64,000 bases of DNA from assembly GCF_044324875.1 (NCBI RefSeq), contig NZ_CP172185.1; one strand, 5' to 3'. This DNA is from Escherichia coli (lineage in GTDB: Bacteria > Pseudomonadota > Gammaproteobacteria > Enterobacterales > Enterobacteriaceae). The translations under genes were made by a program, and so were the position numbers. The notes beneath the pieces were generated by a model that made no database searches, had not been told where the DNA came from, and saw only the letters and a program-made list of their open reading frames with translations. Below, piece by piece: positions 10,477 through 23,051 of this stretch; the stretch's first letter is position 1, and each line of letters begins with the position of its first letter.

Positions 10477-10729
10477 GTTGGAGTCATTACCGAAAATTAC
10501 CATCATCATATTTAACAAAGAATAGCACTAATTGCTAAAAAAAGAAGTTTATTAAACCCCTTTTTCATCCATTAATGCCTTTAGGAATATTCGATATAAA
10601 ATAAGGGTTATGCTTAATGCTTTAAGAAAAATAGCAATTTCCCCTTGAATATATTACGGGCGATGGAACGATGAATCTGCAAGCTGGCATTTAACAAACC
10701 AGCTCTAAAAGAAGGGAAATAAGAATACT

Positions 10730-10764
10730 CAAAAAACAGCCACGGTCATCATGATGTGGCTGTC
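10730..10764 (-). terminator. Putative Rho-independent terminator downstream of lsrK
   Basis: Minus-strand hairpin CAGCCAC...GTGGCTG followed by a T-run (GTTTTTTG), just 3' of the lsrK stop. Confidence 0.5.
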
Positions 10765-10771
10765 AATGAAA

Positions 10772-12364
10772 CTATAACCCAGGCGCTTTCCATAACGACG
10801 TCGTCAGTCCATGATCAACCAGCCCCAGCTGATCCTGATAAACTGCCTGCCACTTATCCCGTGAATCCTGATAAAGTTCATGCTTTTCCGGGTCTGGTGT
10901 GTGCGTCCGTTCCCAGCGAACCAGGCGTTCTCCGGTTTCTGCCATTGATGAAAAAATTCCGGCACCGACGCCAGCTGCAATGGCACATCCTAATGCGGTG
11001 GCTTCTTTGACCACCGGAATATTGACGGGTAATCCCGAGACATCAGCGAGAATTTGACTCCATAATTTCCCTTTTGAACCTCCGCCTGCAAAGACTAACG
11101 ATGAAGGATGAATATTCGAGAAATCAGCGATTTGTTGCAAATTACACGCTGATACAATCGCCGCATTTTCTTCCAGCGCACGGAACAACGTCGCTTTGTT
11201 ACATTTATCCGGATCAATAGACAAATTAATAAAGGAAGGCGCAGCGTGATACCAGGTTTTAAAGCGCATTCTGTCGGAGAATATCGGCATTACGCCCCAC
11301 GACCCAGGCGGCACCCGACTTGCCATCTCTTCCAGCAGCGTATAGGTGTCGATGCCTAAACGTTCGGCAATCAGTTTTTCTTCGGCACAGAAAGCATCGC
11401 GGAACCAGCGCATGGTGAGTCCGGTAAAAAAGCTTATAGATTCAGCTTGTACCATGCCAGGAATAACATGAGGATTAACGCGCACGTTCATTTCTGGGTC
11501 TGTCACCGGCGCGGCTAAGTTTACAACTTGCTGCCAGAATGTGCCGCCAAGAACAGCGGTTTGTGCCGGACGCACAACGCCTAACCCCAGGCAACCAAGT
11601 TGCACGTCGCCTCCTCCAACGACCACCGGAGTGCCCGCCTTCAGACCGCAGAGTTCCGCCGCTTGTGAACTTACCACGCCCAGCAATGTGCCGGTTTCTT
11701 TGACAGGAGAAAGAATATCGGCCCGCAGTCCGGCCATATCCAGCAATGCAGGTTTCCAGTCACGGGTGGTTAGGTCAAGAAGTCCCGTGGTGCCAGCGTT
11801 AGAGGGATCCACCGCCAGTTCGCCGCTGAGCATATAGGCCAGCCAGTCGCTGATCATGGTGATGGTCGACGCCTGTCGGTAGATATCAGAACGATGGTGC
11901 GCCAGCCAAAGTAATCTGGGAATAGCGCTTAAAGCCAGCGTTTGTCCGGTGGCGCGATAAACTTCGTTTTCAAAGGTATTGTTGTGCAGTTCTTTAAGTT
12001 CGCTAACTTCGCGCGCCGCTCTGGCATCCACATTGGCGCAGGCCCAGATCGGTGTTCCTTCATTGTTATATAAAACAATGCCTTCGCGCATCGAACATGC
12101 CGAAACGGCAGCGATATACTCCGGGGCTATGCCGGCGTTGTGCAGCGCCTGGCGCATACACTCACACGCCAGTTGCCAGTTTTTGTTGAGATCAAATTCC
12201 ATAGAACCAGGAACGTCCGGTACTGCCAGATGCCGCCACTCCGCCTGTCCCACTGCTATTTGATTGCCTTCCAGGTCGAATATCACAGCCCGAATACTTC
12301 CGGTGCCTGCATCCAGCGCCATCAGGTAGTACTTTGATTCTGAAGGGGTAAAGAGTCGAGCCAT
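10772..12364 (-). CDS. lsrK: Autoinducer-2 kinase
   Basis: 530 aa, FGGY carbohydrate-kinase fold, N-terminus [35 protein letters not shown]; synteny with lsrR and lsrACDBFG. Confidence 0.95.
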   Translation of the reverse strand: MARLFTPSESKYYLMALDAGTGSIRAVIFDLEGNQIAVGQAEWRHLAVPDVPGSMEFDLNKNWQLACECMRQALHNAGIAPEYIAAVSACSMREGIVLYNNEGTPIWACANVDARAAREVSELKELHNNTFENEVYRATGQTLALSAIPRLLWLAHHRSDIYRQASTITMISDWLAYMLSGELAVDPSNAGTTGLLDLTTRDWKPALLDMAGLRADILSPVKETGTLLGVVSSQAAELCGLKAGTPVVVGGGDVQLGCLGLGVVRPAQTAVLGGTFWQQVVNLAAPVTDPEMNVRVNPHVIPGMVQAESISFFTGLTMRWFRDAFCAEEKLIAERLGIDTYTLLEEMASRVPPGSWGVMPIFSDRMRFKTWYHAAPSFINLSIDPDKCNKATLFRALEENAAIVSACNLQQIADFSNIHPSSLVFAGGGSKGKLWSQILADVSGLPVNIPVVKEATALGCAIAAGVGAGIFSSMAETGERLVRWERTHTPDPEKHELYQDSRDKWQAVYQDQLGLVDHGLTTSLWKAPGL

Positions 12365-12442
12365 TAGATTATCCTCGGCTTATGCGTTCTGTCTGTTCCT
12401 CTATACGTTCTCCATCATTCCCGGTAATAAGGTCATGCAAAT

Positions 12443-13396
12443 TTAAATACGTAAAATCGCCGCTGCTGTGTCCTGATCGGTAACCAGTGCGTTGATATAG
12501 CCGCCTTTCATTGCAGCGGCAATGGCTTCGGCTTTATTTTCTCCCCCTGCCACACCAACCCGGACGGGAATGGTCTTCAGCGCGCTTAAAGGTAAGCCAA
12601 TCAGTTCGTTATGTATTTTAATATCCGTGACAACGTCACCTTTTGCATCAAAAAAGTAGCCTAAAATGTCGCCAACCGCCCCTTTTCGACCAATCATTAA
12701 CTGTTCGCCCTGGCTGATATAGCCGGAGCGAATGATTGTTGCGTCGTCTTGTTGACTCACAGCCCCAATGCCGACAATCGCCACATCCGCTGCTTGCGCG
12801 GCTAGCAGAACGTCTTTGACGCAATTTTCATTTTTTAGCGTACGGGCAATGTCAGCGGAGGATGCCCGCAACGGAGCCGGAATAATATTCACACTGCACG
12901 CCGCGTTAAGCTGCCCGATACCCGTCATATAAGAACCGACGCCACCGGAGAGCGTGACCAGGCGAATTTGCTGTGACGAAATAAAACCACTTAAGCGTTG
13001 CAGCGTATTCATGGTTGCCTCGCCAAAACCAATCGCCAGCATCTGTTGTGGTTGAAGTAAACTCATCAACATATGCGCCGCGCCTATCCCCAGTCGCCCG
13101 CCGACATCAGCATCCGCAAGCCCAGGGATCACCCGGACATGTTGTAGCGAAAACTGACGACGTAATTGTGTTTCATATTCCAGACAGCCTTCAAAGCGAG
13201 AATTAATCTGCACGCGAATAATGCCGGACTGATGCCCTTTCTCCAGTAATCGCGACACTTTCAAACGGGTCAGCCCGAGACGATCGCTGATCTCGCTCTG
13301 GGTCAGCCCGTCGTGGTAGTAAAACCACGCGATCCGCGCGACCTGTTCTTCTTCACACATTCCCTGTTCTGAAATTGCCGAATCGTTGATTGTCAT
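12443..13396 (-). CDS. lsrR: lsr operon repressor (SorC family)
   Basis: 317 aa; N-terminal HTH ([31 protein letters not shown]) plus sugar-phosphate-binding domain. Confidence 0.95.
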   Translation of the reverse strand: MTINDSAISEQGMCEEEQVARIAWFYYHDGLTQSEISDRLGLTRLKVSRLLEKGHQSGIIRVQINSRFEGCLEYETQLRRQFSLQHVRVIPGLADADVGGRLGIGAAHMLMSLLQPQQMLAIGFGEATMNTLQRLSGFISSQQIRLVTLSGGVGSYMTGIGQLNAACSVNIIPAPLRASSADIARTLKNENCVKDVLLAAQAADVAIVGIGAVSQQDDATIIRSGYISQGEQLMIGRKGAVGDILGYFFDAKGDVVTDIKIHNELIGLPLSALKTIPVRVGVAGGENKAEAIAAAMKGGYINALVTDQDTAAAILRI

Positions 13397-13644
13397 AATT
13401 CATTCTTCACTTTGAACATATTTAAATCTTTAATGCAATTGTTCAGTTCTTGCGCATTTATATCTGTGATAGCAACCACAGTTTGACTCTACGAGCATGA
13501 ACAAACGCAACCGTGAAAATCAAAATAGCATAAATTGTGATCTATTCGTCGGAAATATATGCAATGCCCGCCTAAGGTTATGAACAAATTAAAAGCAAAA
13601 ATACATTTGTTCAAAACTCACCTGCAAAACTGAACGGGGGAAAT
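13397..13644. promoter_or_regulatory. lsrR–lsrA divergent promoter region with a CRP-like site
   Basis: 248-bp AT-rich intergenic region between divergent lsrR and lsrA; TGTGATAGCAACCACA at 13465..13480 resembles the CRP consensus TGTGA-N6-TCACA. LsrR operator positions not resolved. Confidence 0.5.
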
Positions 13645-15180
13645 ATGCAAACGAGTGATACCCGCGCGTTACCGCTACTTTGCGCCCGCTCGGTTTATAA
13701 ACAGTATTCAGGGGTTAATGTCCTGAAAGGCATCGATTTTACGTTGCACCAGGGGGAGGTCCACGCCCTGCTCGGCGGCAATGGTGCCGGTAAATCGACG
13801 TTAATGAAGATTATTGCCGGTATTACCCCTGCTGATAGCGGTACGCTTGAGATTGGGGGCAACAACTACACCAGATTAACGCCAGTTCATGCTCATCAGC
13901 TGGGCATTTATCTCGTTCCCCAGGAACCGCTGCTTTTTCCAAGCCTGTCGATAAAAGAAAACATCCTGTTTGGTCTGGCAAAAAAACAACTCTCCATACA
14001 GAAAATGAATAACTTGCTGGTGGCGCTGGGCTGCCAGTTTGATCTGCATAGTCTGGCAGGATCGCTGGATGTCGCCGATCGCCAAATGGTGGAAATCCTC
14101 CGTGGGCTGATGCGCGACTCGCAGATTCTGATCCTCGATGAACCTACCGCCTCGCTTACCCCTGCGGAAACCGAACGCTTGTTTAGTCGCTTGCGGGAGC
14201 TGCTTGCTACTGGCGTGGGTATTGTTTTTATCTCGCATAAGCTGCCGGAAATTCGCCAGATTGCCGATCGGATTAGCGTGATGCGCGACGGAACTATCGC
14301 CTTAAGCGGCAAAACCATCGAACTGTCTACCGACGACATTATTCAGGCCATCACGCCAGCGTTACGGGAAAAATCGCTCTCTGCCAGCCAAAAATTATGG
14401 CTGGAGTTACCTGGCAACCGCCCACAACATGCCGCCGGAACGCCGGTGCTGACACTGGAAAACCTGACCGGCGAAGGTTTTATGAATGTCAGCCTGACGC
14501 TTAATGCCGGAGAAATTCTGGGGCTGGCTGGGCTGGTGGGGGCCGGACGCACAGAACTGGCCGAGACGCTCTATGGTCTGCGTACTTTGCGTGGCGGACG
14601 CATTATGCTGAATGGTAAAGAGATCAATAAATTATCCACTGGAGAACGTTTACTGCGCGGTCTGGTTTATCTGCCGGAAGATCGCCAGTCATCCGGACTG
14701 AATCTCGATGCTTCGCTGGCCTGGAATGTCTGCGCCCTTACTCATAACCTTCGTGGATTCTGGGCGAAAACCGCGAAAGATAACGCCACACTGGAACGTT
14801 ATCGTCGGGCGCTGAATATTAAATTTAACCAACCGGAACAAGCTGCGCGGACCTTATCCGGCGGCAACCAGCAAAAAATCCTGATTGCCAAATGTCTGGA
14901 AGCCTCGCCGCAAGTATTGATTGTCGATGAGCCGACGCGCGGCGTGGATGTCTCAGCCCGTAATGATATCTACCAGCTGTTGCGCAGCATCGCCGCACAG
15001 AATGTGGCAGTGCTGCTTATCTCCTCTGATCTGGAAGAGATCGAACTGATGGCAGATCGCGTATATGTGATGCATCAGGGCGAAATTGCCCACTCTGCAC
15101 TGACCGGACGCGATATTAATGTCGAGACCATTATGTGCGTTGCCTTCGGCGATAGTCAGCGTCAGGAGGCGTCATGCTGA
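13645..15180 (+). CDS. lsrA: AI-2 ABC transporter ATP-binding protein (two ATPase domains)
   Basis: 511 aa; Walker A motifs GGNGAGKST and GLVGAGRTE, signature LSGGNQQK. Confidence 0.95.
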   Translation: MQTSDTRALPLLCARSVYKQYSGVNVLKGIDFTLHQGEVHALLGGNGAGKSTLMKIIAGITPADSGTLEIGGNNYTRLTPVHAHQLGIYLVPQEPLLFPSLSIKENILFGLAKKQLSIQKMNNLLVALGCQFDLHSLAGSLDVADRQMVEILRGLMRDSQILILDEPTASLTPAETERLFSRLRELLATGVGIVFISHKLPEIRQIADRISVMRDGTIALSGKTIELSTDDIIQAITPALREKSLSASQKLWLELPGNRPQHAAGTPVLTLENLTGEGFMNVSLTLNAGEILGLAGLVGAGRTELAETLYGLRTLRGGRIMLNGKEINKLSTGERLLRGLVYLPEDRQSSGLNLDASLAWNVCALTHNLRGFWAKTAKDNATLERYRRALNIKFNQPEQAARTLSGGNQQKILIAKCLEASPQVLIVDEPTRGVDVSARNDIYQLLRSIAAQNVAVLLISSDLEEIELMADRVYVMHQGEIAHSALTGRDINVETIMCVAFGDSQRQEASC

Positions 15181-16202
15181 AATTTATTCAGAACAACCGT
15201 GAAATCACGGCACTGCTGGCGGTGGTGCTGCTGTTTGTATTACCCGGTTTTCTCGACCGCCAGTATTTAAGTGTGCAAACGCTGACCATGGTTTATAGCA
15301 GCGCGCAAATCCTGATCCTGCTGGCAATGGGCGCGACGCTGGTAATGCTTACGCGCAATATTGATGTATCAGTGGGTTCGATTACCGGAATGTGCGCGGT
15401 GCTGTTGGGGATGTTACTGAACGCAGGATATTCACTACCTGTTGCCTGTGTCGCGACTTTACTGCTTGGTTTGCTCGCGGGATTTTTCAACGGTGTCCTG
15501 GTCGCGTGGCTAAAGATCCCTGCCATTGTTGCCACCCTTGGCACGTTAGGGTTGTACAGAGGCATCATGTTGCTGTGGACTGGCGGCAAATGGATTGAAG
15601 GGTTACCCGCCGAACTGAAACAGCTCTCCGCACCGCTGCTGTTTGGCGTTTCCGCGATTGGTTGGTTGACGATAATTCTGGTGGCATTTATGGCCTGGCT
15701 GCTGGCAAAGACGGCGTTTGGACGCAGTTTTTATGTCACGGGCGATAATTTACAGGGCGCTCGTCAACTGGGCGTTCGTACGGAAGCCATTCGCATTGTG
15801 GCATTTTCGTTGAACGGCTGCATGGCGGCACTGGCGGGAATTGTGTTTGCTTCGCAGATTGGTTTTATCCCCAACCAGACCGGTACCGGGCTGGAGATGA
15901 AAGCAATTGCAGCCTGCGTGCTGGGCGGCATTAGTTTGCTCGGCGGTTCCGGCGCGATCATCGGTGCGGTATTAGGCGCATGGTTCCTGACGCAGATCGA
16001 TAGCGTACTGGTGCTGTTGCGCATTCCGGCATGGTGGAACGATTTTATCGCGGGCCTCGTGCTGCTGGCGGTGCTGGTGTTTGATGGACGCCTGCGTTGT
16101 GCGCTGGAACGTAATCTGCGGCGGCAAAAATATGCCCGCTTTATGATGCCACCGCCATCCGTTAAACCCGCTTCGTTAGGTAAAAAACGGGAGGCCGCAT
16201 AA
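15174..16202 (+). CDS. lsrC: AI-2 ABC transporter permease
   Basis: 342 aa polytopic membrane protein; overlaps lsrA by 7 nt. Confidence 0.95.
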   Translation: MLKFIQNNREITALLAVVLLFVLPGFLDRQYLSVQTLTMVYSSAQILILLAMGATLVMLTRNIDVSVGSITGMCAVLLGMLLNAGYSLPVACVATLLLGLLAGFFNGVLVAWLKIPAIVATLGTLGLYRGIMLLWTGGKWIEGLPAELKQLSAPLLFGVSAIGWLTIILVAFMAWLLAKTAFGRSFYVTGDNLQGARQLGVRTEAIRIVAFSLNGCMAALAGIVFASQIGFIPNQTGTGLEMKAIAACVLGGISLLGGSGAIIGAVLGAWFLTQIDSVLVLLRIPAWWNDFIAGLVLLAVLVFDGRLRCALERNLRRQKYARFMMPPPSVKPASLGKKREAA

Positions 16203-17194
16203 TGCGTATTCGCTACGGTTGGGAACTGGCTCTTGCCGCACTGCTCGTTATTGAGATTGTCGCATTTGGTGCAATTAACCCGCGGATGTTAGATCTCAAT
16301 ATGTTGCTGTTCAGCACCAGTGACTTTATCTGCATTGGCATTGTCGCCCTACCGCTGACGATGGTGATTGTCAGTGGCGGGATCGATATTTCGTTTGGTT
16401 CGACCATCGGCCTCTGCGCCATTGCATTGGGCGTACTGTTTCAAAGTGGTGTGCCGATGCCGCTGGCGATTCTCCTGACCTTACTGCTCGGCGCATTGTG
16501 CGGGCTGATCAACGCCGGATTAATTATCTATACCAAAGTTAACCCGCTGGTGATTACGCTTGGCACGCTGTATCTGTTTGCCGGAAGCGCCCTGCTGCTT
16601 TCCGGGATGGCCGGAGCGACGGGGTACGAAGGTATTGGTGGATTCCCGATGGCGTTTACAGATTTCGCTAACCTGGATGTGCTGGGACTCCCTGTTCCGC
16701 TGATTATCTTCCTGATATGTCTCCTCGTTTTCTGGCTCTGGCTGCATAAAACCCATGCCGGACGTAACGTGTTTTTAATTGGGCAAAGCCCGCGTGTGGC
16801 GGTTTATAGCGCGATTCCAGTTAACCGCACCTTGTGTGCGCTCTATGCCATGACGGGGCTGGCGTCTGCGGTCGCCGCTGTGCTGCTGGTATCGTATTTT
16901 GGTTCAGCACGTTCCGATCTCGGTGCGTCGTTTCTGATGCCCGCCATCACCGCCGTAGTGCTCGGCGGTGCCAATATTTATGGTGGTTCTGGTTCCATTA
17001 TCGGCACCGCCATTGCGGTTTTATTAGTGGGATATTTGCAACAAGGTTTGCAAATGGCAGGAGTGCCAAATCAGGTGTCCAGCGCCCTTTCCGGTGCGCT
17101 ACTTATCGTCGTTGTCGTAGGTCGTTCCGTTAGCCTGCATCGCCAGCAAATTAAAGAGTGGCTGGCGCGTCGGGCCAATAACCCATTGCCATAA
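16202..17194 (+). CDS. lsrD: AI-2 ABC transporter permease
   Basis: 330 aa polytopic membrane protein; 1-nt overlap with lsrC. Confidence 0.95.
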   Translation: MRIRYGWELALAALLVIEIVAFGAINPRMLDLNMLLFSTSDFICIGIVALPLTMVIVSGGIDISFGSTIGLCAIALGVLFQSGVPMPLAILLTLLLGALCGLINAGLIIYTKVNPLVITLGTLYLFAGSALLLSGMAGATGYEGIGGFPMAFTDFANLDVLGLPVPLIIFLICLLVFWLWLHKTHAGRNVFLIGQSPRVAVYSAIPVNRTLCALYAMTGLASAVAAVLLVSYFGSARSDLGASFLMPAITAVVLGGANIYGGSGSIIGTAIAVLLVGYLQQGLQMAGVPNQVSSALSGALLIVVVVGRSVSLHRQQIKEWLARRANNPLP

Positions 17195-17205
17195 AGGATA
17201 TCTTC

Positions 17206-18228
17206 ATGACACTTCATCGCTTTAAGAAAATCGCCTTACTTAGCGCGCTTGGCATTGCCGTAATCTCTATGAATGTGCAGGCGGCAGAGCGTATTGCATT
17301 TATTCCCAAACTGGTTGGCGTAGGATTTTTTACCAGCGGTGGCAACGGCGCACAACAAGCGGGTAAAGAGCTGGGCGTTGATGTGACCTACGACGGGCCG
17401 ACAGAACCCAGTGTTTCTGGTCAGGTACAGTTGATTAATAACTTCGTCAATCAGGGGTATAACGCCATTATCGTTTCTGCGGTTTCGCCTGATGGCTTGT
17501 GTCCGGCACTGAAACGCGCCATGCAACGTGGTGTGAGAGTGCTGACCTGGGACTCTGATACCAAACCGGAGTGCCGCTCTTACTACATTAATCAGGGAAC
17601 GCCCGCCCAGTTGGGAGGTATGTTGGTGGATATGGCGGCGCGTCAGGTGAATAAAGACAAAGCCAAAGTCGCGTTTTTCTACTCAAGCCCCACCGTTACG
17701 GACCAAAACCAGTGGGTGAAAGAAGCGAAAGCGAAAATCGCCAAAGAGCATCCTGGCTGGGAAATTGTCACTACGCAGTTTGGCTATAACGATGCCACTA
17801 AATCGTTACAAACCGCAGAAGGAATATTAAAAGCGTATAGCGATCTCGACGCCATTATCGCCCCCGATGCCAACGCCCTGCCCGCTGCCGCACAAGCCGC
17901 AGAAAACCTGAAAAATGACAAAGTTGCGATTGTCGGATTCAGTACGCCAAATGTGATGCGCCCGTATGTAGAGCGCGGCACGGTGAAAGAATTTGGCCTG
18001 TGGGATGTGGTTCAGCAAGGCAAAATTTCAGTTTATGTCGCGGATGCATTATTGAAAAAAGGATCAATGAAAACGGGCGACAAGCTGGATATTCAGGGCG
18101 TAGGTCAGGTGGAAGTCTCGCCAAACAGCGTTCAGGGCTATGACTACGAAGCGGATGGTAATGGCATCGTACTGTTACCGGAGCGCGTGATATTCAACAA
18201 AGAGAATATCGGCAAATACGATTTCTGA
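17206..18228 (+). CDS. lsrB: AI-2 periplasmic binding protein
   Basis: 340 aa with signal peptide [26 protein letters not shown]. Confidence 0.95.
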   Translation: MTLHRFKKIALLSALGIAVISMNVQAAERIAFIPKLVGVGFFTSGGNGAQQAGKELGVDVTYDGPTEPSVSGQVQLINNFVNQGYNAIIVSAVSPDGLCPALKRAMQRGVRVLTWDSDTKPECRSYYINQGTPAQLGGMLVDMAARQVNKDKAKVAFFYSSPTVTDQNQWVKEAKAKIAKEHPGWEIVTTQFGYNDATKSLQTAEGILKAYSDLDAIIAPDANALPAAAQAAENLKNDKVAIVGFSTPNVMRPYVERGTVKEFGLWDVVQQGKISVYVADALLKKGSMKTGDKLDIQGVGQVEVSPNSVQGYDYEADGNGIVLLPERVIFNKENIGKYDF

Positions 18229-18254
18229 TGTGCATTACTTAACCGGAGTACGTT

Positions 18255-19130
18255 ATGGCAGATTTAGACGATATTAAAGATGGTAAAGATTTTCGTACCG
18301 ATCAACCGCAACAAAATATCCCTTTTACCCTGAAAGGTTGCGGTGCACTGGATTGGGGAATGCAGTCACGCTTATCGCGGATATTTAATCCGAAAACGGG
18401 TAAAACCGTGATGCTGGCCTTTGATCATGGTTATTTTCAGGGGCCGACTACCGGACTTGAACGCATTGATATAAATATCGCCCCGCTGTTTGAACATGCC
18501 GATGTATTAATGTGTACGCGCGGCATTTTGCGCAGCGTAGTCCCCCCGGCGACCAATAAGCCGGTGGTACTACGGGCGTCAGGTGCAAACTCTATTCTGG
18601 CGGAATTAAGTAATGAAGCCGTGGCGTTATCGATGGATGATGCCGTGCGCCTGAACAGTTGCGCGGTGGCGGCGCAGGTTTATATCGGCAGCGAATATGA
18701 ACATCAGTCGATCAAAAATATTATTCAGCTGGTCGATGCCGGAATGAAAGTGGGAATGCCGACCATGGCCGTGACAGGCGTGGGCAAAGATATGGTGCGC
18801 GATCAGCGCTATTTCTCGCTCGCGACTCGAATCGCCGCTGAAATGGGGGCGCAAATTATCAAAACCTATTATGTCGATAAAGGTTTTGAACGGATTGTTG
18901 CCGGATGTCCGGTACCCATTGTTATTGCTGGCGGTAAAAAGTTACCGGAGCGCGAAGCGCTGGAAATGTGCTGGCAGGCTATCGATCAGGGCGCTTCTGG
19001 TGTGGATATGGGGCGTAATATTTTCCAGTCTGAACATCCGGTGGCGATGATGAAAGCCGTACAGGCGGTGGTACACCATAACGAAACGGCTGATCGGGCA
19101 TATGAACTCTATCTGAGTGAAAAACAGTAA
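18255..19130 (+). CDS. lsrF: 3-hydroxy-5-phosphonooxypentane-2,4-dione thiolase (class I aldolase fold)
   Basis: 291 aa; operon position after lsrB. Confidence 0.9.
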   Translation: MADLDDIKDGKDFRTDQPQQNIPFTLKGCGALDWGMQSRLSRIFNPKTGKTVMLAFDHGYFQGPTTGLERIDINIAPLFEHADVLMCTRGILRSVVPPATNKPVVLRASGANSILAELSNEAVALSMDDAVRLNSCAVAAQVYIGSEYEHQSIKNIIQLVDAGMKVGMPTMAVTGVGKDMVRDQRYFSLATRIAAEMGAQIIKTYYVDKGFERIVAGCPVPIVIAGGKKLPEREALEMCWQAIDQGASGVDMGRNIFQSEHPVAMMKAVQAVVHHNETADRAYELYLSEKQ

Positions 19131-19153
19131 CTGCGGATTTAAGGAGAAGAATT

Positions 19154-19444
19154 ATGCACGTCACACTGGTTGAAATTAACGTTCATGAAGACAAAGTTGA
19201 CGAGTTTATCGAGGTCTTTCGCCAGAACCACCTGGGCTCGGTACAGGAAGAAGGCAATTTGCGCTTCGATGTCTTACAGGACCCTGAAGTGAATTCGCGC
19301 TTTTATATCTACGAAGCCTATAAAGATGAAGACGCAGTGGCATTCCATAAAACCACGCCCCATTACAAAACCTGTGTCGCGAAACTGGAATCTTTAATGA
19401 CCGGGCCGCGTAAAAAACGTCTGTTCAATGGGTTGATGCCGTGA
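19154..19444 (+). CDS. lsrG: Phospho-AI-2 (P-DPD) isomerase
   Basis: 96 aa [29 protein letters not shown]...; last gene of the lsr operon. Confidence 0.9.
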   Translation: MHVTLVEINVHEDKVDEFIEVFRQNHLGSVQEEGNLRFDVLQDPEVNSRFYIYEAYKDEDAVAFHKTTPHYKTCVAKLESLMTGPRKKRLFNGLMP

Positions 19445-19500
19445 GGCGAATTTATCAGTTTTATCTACACTAGGGGTAACGCGCTGACGGGAGTAAATAA

Positions 19501-20259
19501 ATGTCTGACTGGAACCCCTCTTTATATCTGCACTTTGCCGCTGAACGATCGCGTCCGGCGGTGGAGCTGCTTGCCAGAGTGCCGCTGGAGAATATCAAAT
19601 ACGTTGCCGATCTTGGCTGTGGCCCAGGTATCAGCACCGCCCTGCTGCATCAACGTTGGCCTGCGGCCAGGATAACAGGCATCGACTCGTCTCCGGCGAT
19701 GATTGCCGAAGCGCGCAGTGCTTTGCCAGACTGCCAGTTTGTGGAAGCAGATATCCGCAACTGGCAACCGGAACAGACACTGGATCTGATTTTCGCTAAT
19801 GCCTCACTGCAATGGCTGCCCGACCACTACGAATTGTTCCCTCATCTGGTTTCTTTACTTAATTCGCATGGTGTGTTGGCAGTACAGATGCCAGATAACT
19901 GGCTAGAGCCAACCCATGTGCTCATGCGCGAAGTCGCCTGGGAACAAAATTATCCGGATCGCGGGCGTGAGCCGCTGGCTGGCGTTCATGCTTACTACGA
20001 TATTTTGAGCGAAGCCGGATGTGAGGTCGATATCTGGCGAACCACCTACTATCACCAGATGCCGTCGCACCAGGCGATTATCGATTGGGTGACCGCCACT
20101 GGATTACGTCCGTGGTTACAGGATCTGACCGAGAGCGAACAGCAGCATTTTCTTACGCGCTACCATCAGATGCTGGAAGAGCAGTATCCACTGCAAGAGA
20201 ACGGACAGATACTGCTGGCATTTCCGCGTCTGTTTATTGTTGCCCGGCGTACGGAGTAA
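19501..20259 (+). CDS. tam: trans-Aconitate 2-methyltransferase
   Basis: 252 aa; SAM-binding motif VADLGCGPG. Confidence 0.9.
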   Translation: MSDWNPSLYLHFAAERSRPAVELLARVPLENIKYVADLGCGPGISTALLHQRWPAARITGIDSSPAMIAEARSALPDCQFVEADIRNWQPEQTLDLIFANASLQWLPDHYELFPHLVSLLNSHGVLAVQMPDNWLEPTHVLMREVAWEQNYPDRGREPLAGVHAYYDILSEAGCEVDIWRTTYYHQMPSHQAIIDWVTATGLRPWLQDLTESEQQHFLTRYHQMLEEQYPLQENGQILLAFPRLFIVARRTE

Positions 20260-20262
20260 ATA

Positions 20263-21177
20263 TTACCTCAGCTGGTAATGACGATCGGGAAGAATTTTTG
20301 CCGGAATTTCTGCTTCATCGTTCATCTGTAACAGGTCAATTTCAATAGCGTTGCAGATAGCATCCAGCGGTAAATCATTGTTTTCAGTACCGAAGGGATC
20401 TTCCAGTTCTTCCGCCAGACAATCCAGCGAAATAAAAGTGTAGGAAATCAGCACAGAGATAAAAGGCGTCATGTAATGCAGATCCACGACCAGCGCGAAC
20501 GGCAGCATGATACAAAACAGATAAACGGTACGATGCAAAATCAGGGTGTAGGCAAAGGGAATTGGCGTATAGGCAATGCGCTCGCAGCCTGCCAGAACCG
20601 CTGAAATATCATTAAGCCGATCGTTGAGGCTAATAAACAGGATATCTGAAAGCTGTCCATTGCGTCGCTGAACCGCCAACCACTCCCCCATTATCAACAA
20701 AATACGGTTAGCTGGAGTGTTTGAAGCCAGTACACGCTGAAGATCTTCAGTCTTGAGATAATGTGCCAGCACTTCCGCCTGTGGTTGTTTGCGTAATGTC
20801 ATGCGTAAACAGTGGGCGAAGGCGATTTGCAGCCGGGCAAACTCCCTTACACTTGCCGAATCCGGCAATGTCGTTTTTACCTCGCGCAGTAACGACCGTG
20901 AGGCAATCATCAACTGCCCCCAAAGTTTTCGCGCTTCAACGTAACGGGCGTACCCGGCATTATTACGAAAACCAAGAAAAATGGCGATGGCGACACCGAG
21001 AATGCTGAAAGGTGCGAGGGTGAATTTAATGCCCAAATGCGTGTACCAGGGCAGCATGAAAATAACAGCGATAGAAAAGAGAAAATTGAGTAGTAAGCGC
21101 GAGGATATCTTGGATAATACTGAACCGTGCCAGACAAAAATACGGCGCAGCCAGTGTTGTTGTGGACGAACAATCAT
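20263..21177 (-). CDS. yneE: Bestrophin-like membrane protein (UPF0187)
   Basis: ORF 20263..21228; start trimmed to internal Met (MIVRPQQHWLRRIFVWHGSVL) to give the 304-aa K-12 length. Confidence 0.8.
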   Translation of the reverse strand: MIVRPQQHWLRRIFVWHGSVLSKISSRLLLNFLFSIAVIFMLPWYTHLGIKFTLAPFSILGVAIAIFLGFRNNAGYARYVEARKLWGQLMIASRSLLREVKTTLPDSASVREFARLQIAFAHCLRMTLRKQPQAEVLAHYLKTEDLQRVLASNTPANRILLIMGEWLAVQRRNGQLSDILFISLNDRLNDISAVLAGCERIAYTPIPFAYTLILHRTVYLFCIMLPFALVVDLHYMTPFISVLISYTFISLDCLAEELEDPFGTENNDLPLDAICNAIEIDLLQMNDEAEIPAKILPDRHYQLR

Positions 21178-21345
21178 GGTTATCTTCAGGCGTGGAAAAG
21201 TCGCCCTATTAAACGTGATTACGATCACATTCTCAAGACGCTACGTACAAATTATCTACAAGCTTACAACATTTACAGGTGTGGCATATGGCACCCGTTA
21301 ATGATAAAGGCACATAGGATGTTGTAACTAATATAGTGAAATAAG

Positions 21346-21366
21346 AAACCCGGTCGAAACCGGGTT
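21346..21366 (-). terminator. Putative terminator downstream of uxaB
   Basis: Hairpin AACCCGGT-CGAA-ACCGGGTT followed on the minus strand by a T-rich stretch. Confidence 0.5.
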
Positions 21367-21373
21367 CAGAGTA

Positions 21374-22825
21374 TTAGCACAACGGACGTACAGCTTCGCG
21401 CATTCCTTTTTCGAGAATCACATCCAGGTCATTAGCCACCTGCTCGACCAGACCAGGCACTTGCGTCAGGTCCTGCTCCCAGTGGTCTTTTTCTGCCAAC
21501 ACAATCGCTACCAGTTCCTGGGTACCGATAACACGGTCACGATGCTGGCTCCAGAGTTGCTGATAACGTTCCAGCCAGTGTGCATCGTCCTGTACCGGAT
21601 ATGTTTCTCCATTACGCTCACCGCGATAAAACGCAATCAATGCCGCTAATGCGAAAGTCAGGCGCGCCGGAAGTGTGCCGTTTGCCTTCTGCCCTGCCAG
21701 CAGCTGCGGCAGGATACGGGTGCGGAACTTGGTCATACCGTTAAGCGCGATAGACAGCAGCTGATGCTTGATGTACGGATTACGGAAACGTCCGGTGACT
21801 GCACTGGCGAAAGATTCCAGTTCATCACGAGGCAAATCCAGTACCGGAATAATCTCTTCGTAGATGGCTTTTTCAACGAATGCACAAATTTCAGCATCGT
21901 TCATCGCTTCACCTACAGTATCCAGCCCTGCCTGGAACGCCACCGGCACCAGCGCCGTGTGTGCACCGTTGAGGATTGCCACTTTGCGCTCTTTATACGG
22001 TTTAATATCGTCAACAATCAGCACGTTGAGCGGATATTTGTCCAGACGCAGCTCAGTCGCTAAGGATTTCGGCCCCTGAATCACAAACAGGTAAAAGTGT
22101 TCAGCGGTGTCGAGGAAACCATCGTGATAACCCAGTTCTTCTTCCAGTTTAGCCACTTCATCACGCGGATAGCCGGTAACGATACGGTCCACCAGCGTAG
22201 AACAGAAGCTGTTAGCCTGATCCAGCCATTGAATAAATGCTTCTGGTAGTGCCCACTCTTGCGCGTAGCGCAGCACCAGTTCACGCAGTGCATCGCCGTT
22301 ATAGTCGATCAGTTCACATGGGATGATGATCCAACCTTTATCCTGCGCTCCGTTGAAATGGCTAAAACGTTCGAACAGCAGACGGGTCAGTTTTGCCGGA
22401 TAACTTACCGCTGGCGCGTCATCGAATTTATCGCCCGCATGGTAGCTGATACCCGCTTCGGTGGTGTTAGAGAAAACAAAGCGCATTTCCGGGTTGTGCG
22501 CCAGTTTCAGGAATTCATCGTATTCACTGTAGACGCTGATTTCACGATTAACAGAGCGAATCAGACGCGCGTCGCTGACCGCTTCCCCCTTCTCGTTCAG
22601 ACCACGGATAATGGTGGTGTACAGACCATCCTGCGTGCTCAGTGACGGCGGGAATGAAGTTTCAATCGGACGAACAACGACCACGCCAGAATTCAGATCG
22701 GTGTGCTCATTCAGGAGATCGATTTGCCAGTCAACAAAGGCGCGCAGGAAGTTACCTTCACCAAACTGAATGATACGTTCTGGATACTTTGCACCGGGAA
22801 AATCGCGACGATTTAGTGTTTTCAC
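21374..22825 (-). CDS. uxaB: Altronate oxidoreductase (tagaturonate reductase)
   Basis: 483 aa, N-terminus [39 protein letters not shown]. Confidence 0.95.
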   Translation of the reverse strand: MKTLNRRDFPGAKYPERIIQFGEGNFLRAFVDWQIDLLNEHTDLNSGVVVVRPIETSFPPSLSTQDGLYTTIIRGLNEKGEAVSDARLIRSVNREISVYSEYDEFLKLAHNPEMRFVFSNTTEAGISYHAGDKFDDAPAVSYPAKLTRLLFERFSHFNGAQDKGWIIIPCELIDYNGDALRELVLRYAQEWALPEAFIQWLDQANSFCSTLVDRIVTGYPRDEVAKLEEELGYHDGFLDTAEHFYLFVIQGPKSLATELRLDKYPLNVLIVDDIKPYKERKVAILNGAHTALVPVAFQAGLDTVGEAMNDAEICAFVEKAIYEEIIPVLDLPRDELESFASAVTGRFRNPYIKHQLLSIALNGMTKFRTRILPQLLAGQKANGTLPARLTFALAALIAFYRGERNGETYPVQDDAHWLERYQQLWSQHRDRVIGTQELVAIVLAEKDHWEQDLTQVPGLVEQVANDLDVILEKGMREAVRPLC

Positions 22826-23051
22826 AATGGGTTCCCTTCTGATTAGTCATACAACCTGTTTGAATTGGTACGACAGGTTAGCAAACTTTAATACGCCGAA
22901 CCCCTGTTTTGATCAACTCCTGATGATTAATGAGCAGTTTTATGAGAAAAGTGTGGCGCGGATCATGGTTTAATCGAGGAAACAGGCCTTTTCTTGGATC
23001 ATAAAGTGGTAGAACACATTGCATTTAAATCGCTCTGAGTAAATAAAGATG

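Larger units (their letters stand above)
9724..10491 (+). mobile_element. IS1 insertion sequence, complete 768 bp, copy 1, no target-site duplication
   Basis: Terminal inverted repeats GGTGATGCTGCCAACTTACTGAT (9724) and ...ATCAATAAGTTGGAGTCATTACC (to 10491); contains insA/insB. Flanks CCCTTATCC and GAAAATTAC do not match. Confidence 0.95.

Noticed and set aside
13876-14339. Antisense ORFs of 120 and 143 aa within lsrA, and similar antisense ORFs inside lsrC, lsrD and lsrB
   Set aside because: They overlap well-supported genes on the opposite strand and have no independent start context or motifs.
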